Below are positions 54,801 to 64,000 of a DNA stretch of 64,000 bases, one piece after another (positions within the stretch are counted from its first letter, which is position 1; every line of letters starts with the position of its first letter). A model generated the notes under the pieces. It saw nothing but the letters and a program-made list of their open reading frames with translations, was not told the DNA's origin and did no database searches. The translations under genes were made by a program, and so were the position numbers. The stretch spans positions 346,084,001-346,148,000 of the forward strand of contig OZ024742.1 of the NCBI GenBank assembly GCA_964016885.1, written 5' to 3'. This stretch comes from Eledone cirrhosa. Lineage: Eukaryota.

Positions 54801-57172
54801 CACCAACACACCAACTTTTTAGTACCAACTGTGTAGTACCAACTGTGTAGCACCAACAAACCAACTGTGTTGTACCAACACACCAACTGTGTAGTATCAG
54901 CACGCCAATTGTGTAGTACCAACACAGCAACTGTATAGTACCAACACACCAACTGTGTAGTACCAACACACCCACTGTTTCGTACCAACACACCAACAGT
55001 GTAGTACCAACACACCAGCTGCGTAGTACAAACACACCAACTGTGTAGCACCAACACACCAACTGTTTAGAACCAATATACCAGCTGTGTAGTACCAACA
55101 AACGATCTGTGTAGTACCAACACACCAACTGTGTAGTACCAACACACCAACTGTTTAGTACCAATACACCAGCTGTGTAGTACCAACACACAAGCTGTGT
55201 AGTACCAACACACCAACTGTGTAGTACCAACACACCAACTGTTTAGTACCAACACACCAACTGTGTAGTACCATCACACCAGCTGTGTAGTACCAACACA
55301 CCAACTGTGTATTACCAACACACCAACTGTGTAGTACCAACACACCAACTGTGTAGTACCAACACACCAACTGTGTAGCACCTACACACCAACTGTTTCG
55401 TACCAACACACCAACTGTGTAGAACCAACGCACCAACTGTGTAGTACCAACACACCAACTCTTTTGTACAAACACAACAACTGTGTAGTACCAACACACC
55501 AACTGTGTAGTACCAACACACCAACTGTGTAGTACTAATACACCAACTGTGTAGTACCAATACACCAACTCTGTAGTACCAACACACCAACTGTGTAGTA
55601 CCAATACACCAGTTATGTAGTACCAACACACCAACTGTTTAGTACCAACACACCAACTGTGTAGTACCAACACACCAACTGTTTAATACCTACACAACAA
55701 CTGTGTAGTACCAACACACCAACTGTATAGTACCAACACACCAACTGTGTCGTACAAACCCACCAACTGTGTAGTACCAATACACCAGCTGTGTAGTACC
55801 AACACACCAACTGTGTAGTACTAATACACCAACTTTGTAGTACCAATACACCAACTGTGTAGTACCAACAAACCAACTGTTTCGTACCAACACACCAACT
55901 GTGTAGTACCAACACACCAGCTGCGTAGTACCAACACACCAACTGTGTAGCACCAACACACCAACTGTTTAGTACCAACTGTGTAGCACCAACACACCAA
56001 CTGTTTAGTACCAATACACCAGCTGTGTAGTACCAACACACCAACTGTGTAGCACCAACACACCCACTGTTTCGTACCACTGTGTAGTACCAACACACCA
56101 GCTGTGTAGTACCAACACACCAACTGTGTAGCACCAACAAACCAACTGTTTAGAACCAATACACCAGCTGTGTAGTACCGACACACCAGCTGTGTAGTAC
56201 CAACACACCAACTATTTAGTACCAACACACCAACTGTTTAGTACCATCACACCATCTGTGTAGTACCAACACACCAACTGTGTAGTACCAACAGACCAAC
56301 TGTGTAGTACCAACACACCAACTGTTTAGTACCAACACACCAACTGTGTAGGACCAACACACCAACTGTATAGTACCAACACACCAACTGTGTAGTATCA
56401 ATACACCAACTGTGTAGTACTAATACACTAACTGTGTAGTACCAACACACCAACTGTGTAGTACCAACACACCAACTGTGTAGCACCAACAGACCAACTG
56501 TGTAGTACCAACACACCAACTGTTTAGTACCAACACACCAACTGTGTAGAACCAACACACCAACTGTATACTACCAACACACCAACTGTGTAGTACCAAC
56601 ACACCAACTGTATAGTACCAACACACCAACTGTGTAGTACTAATACACTAACTGTGTAGTACCAACACACCAACTGTGTAGTACCAACACACTAACTGTG
56701 TAGTACCAACACACCTAACTGTGTAGTACCAATACACCAACTGCGTAGTACCAATACACCAACTGTGTAGTACCAACACACCAACTGTGTAGTACCAACC
56801 CACCAACTGTGTAGTACCAATACACCAACTGTGTAGTACCAACACACCAACTGTATAGTACCAACACACCAACTGTGTAGTACTAATACACTAACTGTGC
56901 ATTACCAACACACCAACTGTGTAGTACCAACACACTAACTGTGTAGTACCAACACACCAACTGTGTAGTACCAATACACCAACTGTGTAGTACCAACACA
57001 CCAACTGTATAGTACCAACACACTAACTGTGTAGTACCAACACACCAACTGTGTAGTACCAATACACCAACTGTGTAGTACCAATACACCAACTGTGTAG
57101 TACCAATACACCAACTGTGTAGCACCAACACACCAACTGTGTAGTACCAATACACCAGCTGTGTATCACCAA
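42810..57172. repeat. 22-bp satellite (GTAGTACCAACACACCAACTGT)n, ~14.4 kb
   Basis: Continuous 22-mer with occasional 14-bp deletion units. Confidence 0.98.
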
Positions 57173-57179
57173 TACGCCG

Positions 57180-59408
57180 GGTGTGTATCCGTGTATATGT
57201 GTATCTGTGTATCTGTGTATCCGTATATCCGTGTATCCGTGTATTCGTGTATCCGTGTATCTGTGTATCCCTGTATCCGTGTATCTCTGTATCCGTGTAT
57301 CCCTGTATCCGTGTATTCGTGTATCCGTGTATATGTGTATCCGTGTATCCGTGTATCTCTGTATCTGTGTATCTGTGTATCTGTGTATCCGTGTATCCGT
57401 GTATTCGTGTATCTGTGTATCTGTGTATCCGTGTATTCGTGTATCTGTGTATCTGTGTATCCGTGTATCCGTGTATCTGTGTATCCGTGTATCTGTGTAT
57501 CTGTGTATCCGTGTATCTGTGTATCCGTGTATCTGTGTATCTGTGTATCCGTGTATCTGTGTATCTGTGTATCCATGTATCCGTGTATCCGTGTATCCGT
57601 GTATTCGTGTATTCGTGTATATGTGTATCCGTGTATCCGTGTATCTCTGTATCTGTGTATCTGTGTATCCGTGTATCCGTGTATCCGTGTATATGTGTAT
57701 CTGTGTATCCGTGTATTCGTGTATCTGTGTATCTGTGTAACCGTGTATCCGTGTATCTGTGTATCCGGGTATCTGTGTATTTGTGTATCCGTGTATCTGT
57801 GTATCCGTGTATCTGTGTATCTGTGTATCCGTGTATCTGTGTATCTGTGTATCGGTGTATCTGTGTATCCGTGTATCTGTGTATCTGTGTATCCGTGTAT
57901 CTGTGTATCCGTGTATCCGTGTATCCGTGTATCTGTGTATCTGTGTATCCGTGTATCCGTGTATCCGTGTATCTGTGTATCCGTGTATCTGTGTATCCGT
58001 GTATCTGTGTATCCGTGTATCTGTGTATCCGTGTATCCGTGTATCCGTGTATCTGTGTATCCGTGTATCTGTGTATCTGTGTATCCGTGTAGTGTATCTG
58101 TGTATCCGTGTATCCGTGTATCCGTGTATCCGTGTATCCGTGTATCCGTGTATCCGTGTATCCGTGTATCTGTGTATCCGTGTATCCGTGTATCTGTGTA
58201 TCCGTGTATCTGTGTATCTGTGTATCCGTGTATCTGTGTATCCGTGTATCCGTGTATCCGTGTATCTGTGTATCCGTGTATCCGTGTATCCGTGTATCCG
58301 TGTATCCGTGTATCCGTGTATCTGTGTATCCGTGTATCCGTGTATCCGTGTATCCGTGTATCCGTGTATCTGTGTATCCGTGTATTTTTGTATCCGTGTA
58401 TTCGTGAATCCGTGTATCCGTGTATCTTTGTATCCGTGTATCCGTGTATCCGTGTATCTGTGTATCTGTGTATCTGTGTATCTGTGTATCCGTGTATCTG
58501 TGTGTATCCGTGTATCCGTGTATCTGTGTATCTGTGTATCTGTGTATCCGTGTATCTGTGTGTATCCGTGTATCCGTGTATCCGTGTATCCGTGTATCTG
58601 TGTAACCGTGTATTTTTGTATCCGTGTATTCGTGAATCCGTGTATCCGTGTATCTTTGTATCCGTGTATCCGTGTATCCGTGTATCTGTGTATCTGTGTA
58701 TCTGTGTATCTGTGTATCCGTGTATCTGTGTGTATTCGTGTATCCGTGTATCTGTGTATCTGTGTATCTGTGTATCTGTGTATCCGTGTATCTGTGTGTA
58801 TCCGTGTATCCGTGTATCTGTGTATCTGTGTATCTGTGTATCCGTGTATCTGTGTGTATCCGTGTATCCGTGTATCTGTGTATCTGTGTATCTGTGTATC
58901 TTTGTATCCGTGTATCCATGTATCTGTGTATCCGTGTAGCCGTGTATCCGTGTATCTGTGTATCCGTGTATCTGATTATCCGTGTATCTGTGTATCCGTG
59001 TATCTGTGTATCCGTGTATCCGTGTCTCCGTGTATCTGTGTATCCGTGTATTTTTGTATCCGTGTATTCGTGAATCCGTGTATCCGTGTATCTTTGTATC
59101 CGTGTATCTGTGTATCCGTGTCTCCGTGTCTCCGTGTATCTGTGTATCTGTGTATCTGTGTATCTGTGTATATGCGTATCCGTGTATCCGTGTATCCGTG
59201 TATCTCTGTATCCGTGTATCTGTGTATCTGTGTATCCGTGTATCCGTGTCTCCGTGTATCTGTGTATCTGTGTATCCGTGTATCTGTGTATCCGTGTATC
59301 CTTGTTTCTGTGTATCTGTGTATCCGTGTATCCGTGTTTCTGTGTATCTGTGTATCCGTGTATCCGTGTATCCGTGTATCTGTGTATCCGTGTATCCGTG
59401 TATCCGTG
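57180..59408. repeat. 8-bp satellite (GTGTATC[C/T])n
   Basis: Continuous octamer repeat; long YTDT/RVSVY ORFs are artefacts. Confidence 0.97.
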
Positions 59409-59567
59409 CACCCACGTAGCTAAGACGGAGTGTTGATCCCTACCCATACATTGTATCATATCTCTCAGGGACGTATCCACTAACTAAACATCCTTCTTCT
59501 AACTAGTACTCCCCGCACCATTCAAGCAGGTTATACTAAAAAATAAACCAAACCTACAAAATAACAC

Positions 59568-59670
59568 ACGTGGCCCATTGGTTAGGGTTGTTGGGATCAA
59601 GATCGTAGGGTCGTGAGTTTGATTAATGAACTGGGTATTCTCGAGAATGCTAGTTCATTTCCTGTTGTTT
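59568..59670 (+). mobile_element. tRNA-derived SINE head remnant
   Basis: A-box-like GTGGCCCATTGGTTAG and B-box-like GAGTTTGATT. Confidence 0.45.
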
Positions 59671-59676
59671 TTGAGG

Positions 59677-59978
59677 ATAGGACTGGGGCCCCTAATCATT
59701 GAAAGACTCCAGAAACCTCATATAAGATAAAACCCTGTAGAAGGGCAATTAAATCTACATCTGACTGAGCTGTAATATTCATCATAGGAATGGGGCCCCT
59801 ATCATTAAATCACTCCATAAACCTCATATAGGATGAAACCTCGTAGAGAGCCAGCTAAATCTATATAGCATTGAGCTGTAATTTCATGATAGGACTGGGG
59901 GCCCTATCGTTAAAACATTTGATAAACCTCATATTAGATGAAACCTCGTAGAGAGCCATTTAAATCAACATAGGACTG
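59677..59978. repeat. Diverged ~106-bp tandem repeat, ~3 copies
   Basis: ATAGGA[C/A]TGGGG..CCCTA and AAACCTCATAT..GAT[G/A]AAACC recur at ~59677, 59784, 59889. Confidence 0.8.
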
Positions 59979-60281
59979 TTGATTTAATTAATTCTTTCTA
60001 CCAGATAAAGAAATTTAATGATAATATCTCGACATTATACTAAGTATATAAACAAATACAACCACTACGGAAACTGTAGCCAGACGAAGCCAATCGTAGC
60101 AGAAATTTCGCAATAGCTCTCAACTATGTTTCCTTGTAAAATATAATCAATATTATATTTACATACGTATTGAGTGCTCACACACTTAATATTGGACTGT
60201 ATTATATATGCTAATAGATAAAAAAGAACACATCCATTAATATCTTTCCCTGTATATGCATAGATGCGAACACATACTCCA

Positions 60282-60416
<135 letters not shown>

Positions 60417-60472
60417 CAAACATACACGTGTAACACGGGGATATATATGTATGTGTATCTGTATACATATAA

Positions 60473-60567
<95 letters not shown>

Positions 60568-60913
60568 AATTGAAACAAAATGAAAACGAAATTTCATTTC
60601 TCACTCTTAGTATGGCACTTACTTAAATGTAAGTATGCATGTTTACAAACGAACAAAGCGACGTTATAATAAGCGCCGCTAAACTGATACGTGCATATAT
60701 GTATGTGTACCTGTATGCATATGTATGTATATATGTATATATATATATATATATGTGCATGCTACTGTACGTCTGTATACATATATGTATGTACGCATAC
60801 ATGCATACTTACATTTAAGTAAGTGCCATACTAAGAGTGAGAAATGAAATTTCGTTTTCATTTTGTTTCAATTTATCGTTTTCGGTATGCTTGACCGATT
60901 TAACTCACTCAAT

Positions 60914-60962
60914 ATGCAAATTAGGCTGCTCAGCCGTTAATTTTCATAAGGAAAGTATATAC
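60914..60962 (+). promoter_or_regulatory. Octamer ATGCAAAT + TAATTTTCATA + TATA-like block (repeated at 61390 and 63283)
   Basis: Conserved between families A and B; promoter function is inferred only. Confidence 0.45.
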
Positions 60963-60994
60963 TTTCGAACGTTCAACTATCTGGCAGATGGGTA

Positions 60995-61039
60995 AACGGT
61001 GCTGATGATAGCTAACAAGCTTGAAACTAGTACATCGTT
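60995..61039 (+). ncRNA. Type-I hammerhead ribozyme (family A, unit 1)
   Basis: AACGGTG CTGATGA t AGCT aaca AGCT t GAAA CTAG TA CATCGTT; palindromic ACTAGT stem III; GUA site. Confidence 0.87.
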
Positions 61040-61470
61040 CCTGTGTCAGTGTTGAACAAAAAGGTGACGTGGTTGCCTTAACACCGTATGGCATAAATTC
61101 AGGCTGTTCAGTTTGTTTACAAACGAACAAAGCGACGTTATATTAAGCGCCGCTAAACTGATACGTGCATATATGTATGTGTACCTGTATGCATATGTAT
61201 GTATATATGTATATATATATATATATATATGTGCATGCTACTGTACGTCTGTATACATATATGTATGTACGTATACATGCATACTTACATTTAAGTAAGT
61301 GCCATACTAAGAGTGAGAAATGAAATTTCGTTTTCATTTTGTTTCAATTTATCGTTTTCGGTATGCCTGACCGATTTAACTCACTCAATATGCAAATTAG
61401 GCTGCTCAGCCGTTAATTTTCATAAGGAAAGTATATACTTTCGAACGTTCAACTATCTGGCAGATGGGTA

Positions 61471-61515
61471 AACGGTGCTGATGATAGCTAACAAGCTTGA
61501 AACTAGTACATCGTT
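61471..61515 (+). ncRNA. Type-I hammerhead ribozyme (family A, unit 2)
   Basis: Identical to 60995-61039, 476 bp downstream. Confidence 0.87.
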
Positions 61516-61750
61516 CCTGTGTCAGTGTTGAACAAAAAGGTGACGTGGTTGCCTTAACACCGTATGGCATAAATTCAGGCTGTTCAGTTTGTTTACAAAC
61601 GAACAAAGCGACGTTATAATAAGCACCGCTAAACTGATACGTGCATATATGTATGTGTACCTGTATGTATATATGTATATATATATATATATGTGCATGC
61701 TACTGTACGTCTGTATACATATATGTATGTACGTATACATGCATACTTAC

Positions 61751-61828
<78 letters not shown>

Positions 61829-61833
<5 letters not shown>

Positions 61834-61943
61834 AACGAGTAGGACCCCGACGGCTGAGCTCAAGCCGTTTCAACAGCTAATTCAGTCCAGAATTAGCCGT
61901 CGAAACGGCTTGAGCTCAGCCGTCGGGGTCCTACTCGTTCCTA
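61829..61943. repeat. ~115-bp near-perfect palindrome
   Basis: ATAGGAACGAGTAGGACCCCGACGGCTGAGCTCAAGCCGTTTC mirrored around GCTAATTC-agtcca-GAATTAGC. Confidence 0.92.
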
Positions 61944-62024
61944 TTACCCACTCTACTACCCTAAGTATTGAGTACTTTGGAGCGTTGTGGTCCACCTGGT
62001 TCCTTACCACATTCCTTCGTTATA

Positions 62025-62055
<31 letters not shown>

Positions 62056-62103
62056 TAGTTTTGCGAGGTTTTTTATATGAAATCGTGTGTCGAAACAGAT
62101 ATT

Positions 62104-62739
62104 GTTATATTTGGGGAGGGTCATATTTGCGTAATATTGCCAGAATTAATAACAGAACACACTCACTGTTTGGTTGGTTTTCGCTTCTCGCTGTCTTTTA
62201 TATATATATATCTGCGATCTAACTTACTCGGTCCTCAATGTTGCCATTGACTGACCGGCGGTCAAAAATAATACAGATACAATATAGACACAAACACATA
62301 TATATATAGTTTACATAATTTACATAAATCTTTCGTTGCACATCTGCAACATCGTCAGTGGTGTTATATTCATTGTTCCTCCTGTTGTGTTGTATGTCTA
62401 CGCCATTCAGTCTGTCTATAGACAGACTGAACAAAAAAAATGGCGTAGACATACAACACAACAGGAGGAACAATGAATATAACACCACTGACGATGTTGC
62501 AGATGTGCAACGAAAGATTTATGTAAATTATGTAAACTATATATATATGTGTTTGTCTATATTGTATCTGTATTATTTTTGACCGCCGGTCAGTCAATGG
62601 CAACATTGAGGACCGAGTAAGTTAGATCGCAGATATATATATATAAAAGACAGCGAGAAGCGAAAACCAACCAAACAGTGAGTGTGTTCTGTTATTAATT
62701 CTGGCAATATTACGCAAATATGACCCTCCCCAAATATAA

Positions 62740-62740
<1 letters not shown>
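62104..62740. repeat. ~640-bp inverted repeat (~300-bp arms) with a central 24-bp palindrome
   Basis: 62104-62406 mirrors 62440-62740; spacer TCAGTCTGTCTATAGACAGACTGA + A-run. Confidence 0.92.
62481..62553 (+). ncRNA. Hammerhead-like motif (mirror copy at 62293-62365, minus strand)
   Basis: AACACCA CTGACGA t GTTGCA gatg TGCAAC GAAA; imperfect stem III; (AT) run between the UH site and the GTGTT stem-I strand. Confidence 0.6.
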
Positions 62741-62816
<76 letters not shown>

Positions 62817-62819
<3 letters not shown>

Positions 62820-63712
62820 CAATTAAGTTAAAAATGTACATCCATATATGTATACTGAAATACTAGTATGCATATGAATACACACACGTATACATATGTA
62901 GATGTACCAAGTCTTTCACTGGTTACTTTACTGTGAGTATCCAGCTATGCTGTATGTAAACACACAGACAAACCGGTTTTTAGAGTCATACTGGTTTTTG
63001 AGGAAACACCTTTCCTCTATTCTCCAGAAAGCCAGACAAGGAATTTTGAACTAGTTTCGTTGTTGTATGTAAACCAGTGAAAGACTTGGTACATCTACAT
63101 ATGTATACGTGTGTGTATTCATATGCATACTAGTATTTCAGTATACATATATGGATGTACATATTTAACTTAATTGTTTAAGCGTCAGTCATACAAAAGT
63201 GAGTTACAAACGAAACGAAATTTAATTTCGTTTCGTTATTTGTTTTTATCGTCTCCGTTGAACCGGTACGTACTCACACTCTATGCAAATTAGTCTGCCC
63301 ACTACTAATTTTCATAGAAAAAGCATATAACGATATGTGCTTTTACGATTCTCCAGAAAGGCCGGTAGATAGGTAAATATTGCTGATGAGTTGTAACAAC
63401 AACGAAACTAGTTCAATATTCCTTGTCTGGCTTTCTGGAGAATAGAGGAAAGGTGTTTCCTCAAAAGCCAGTATGACTCTAAAAACCGGTTTGTCTGTGT
63501 GTTTACATACAGAATAGCTGGATACTCACAGTAAAGTAACCAGTGAAAGACTTGGTACATCTACATATGTATACGTGTGTGTATTCATATGCATACTAGT
63601 ATTTCAGTATACATATATGGATGTACATTTTTAACTTAATTGTTTAAGCGTCAGTCATACAAAAGTGAGTTACAAACGAAACGAAATTTAATTTCGTTTC
63701 GTTATTTGTTTT

Positions 63713-63713
<1 letters not shown>
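62817..63713 (+). mobile_element. HHR-containing non-coding element, family B: 466-bp unit x1.4 with a 5' inverted partial copy
   Basis: AACCAGTGAAAGAC at 63072 and 63538; 62817-63066 is the reverse complement of ~63396-63645; flanked by (AT)n. Confidence 0.85.
63376..63420 (+). ncRNA. Type-I hammerhead ribozyme (family B)
   Basis: AATATTG CTGATGA GTTGT aaca ACAAC GAAA CTAG TT CAATATT; perfect stems I and II; palindromic ACTAGT. Confidence 0.9.
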
Positions 63714-63744
<31 letters not shown>

Positions 63745-63795
63745 ATACATATATATATATAAACACCTCTATATACACATAATACACACACACAT

Positions 63796-63904
<109 letters not shown>

Positions 63905-64000
63905 AGTGTAATTTACTACACAAAACGAAGGTTATAGAGAAAATTGAGGTTGGTAATGGCACATGGAATATATGAGACAGAATACTTTTTTGTGAAAAAA

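Larger units (their letters stand above)
60565..61754 (+). mobile_element. HHR-containing non-coding element, family A: ~475-bp units x2.35 with a 5' inverted partial copy
   Basis: Units start 60641, 61115, 61591; 60565-60642 is the reverse complement of 60799-60876; flanked by (AT)n. Confidence 0.85.

Noticed and set aside
42670-57150. Many VLVLHSWCVGTTQLVCWYYT ORFs
   Set aside because: Translation of the 22-bp satellite
40695-57172. CRISPR-like array
   Set aside because: Units are contiguous with no unique spacers, no cas genes, eukaryotic context
56883-59480. 865-aa, 749-aa and 592-aa ORFs (YTDT/RVSVY repeats)
   Set aside because: Translations of an 8-bp satellite lacking stop codons; open in several frames on both strands
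60082-60128. Hammerhead relic CAGACGA..GAAA
   Set aside because: Core mismatch and stems not supported
60930-61606. Duplicated 66-aa minus-strand ORF in family A units
   Set aside because: Short, non-ATG start, not conserved in family B; conservation follows RNA structure instead

Overview
Repeat-only animal genomic window with no recognisable host gene; the SINE/LINE repertoire and (AT)n/(CA)n density suggest an octopus/cephalopod (inference). It holds four tandem arrays: a 13-bp satellite (1-10.07 kb), a 59-bp minisatellite, a 14-kb 22-bp array with a 3465-bp higher-order duplication, and an 8-bp array. A non-LTR retrotransposon cluster sits in (TTA/TAA)n tracts: one intact R4/Dong-like element (1216-aa RT-RLE ORF) with two 5'-truncated copies, and two Tx1-like elements. 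A decayed CR1-group LINE and Penelope GIY-YIG remnants are also present. Three signals stand out. (1) Several type-I hammerhead ribozyme (HHR) folds, including two related but diverged ~470-bp non-coding units at 60.6-63.7 kb; each has an octamer/TATA-like block, a covarying long hairpin carrying the HHR, and Penelope-style inverted+tandem insertion geometry (candidate retrozyme-like family). (2) An apparent 11.1-kb inversion (13329-24433) that split a Tx1 element to within 1 nt. (3) An 827-bp GC-rich, internally repeated insert without a target-site duplication inside an R4 copy. All coordinates and pairings were read by eye.
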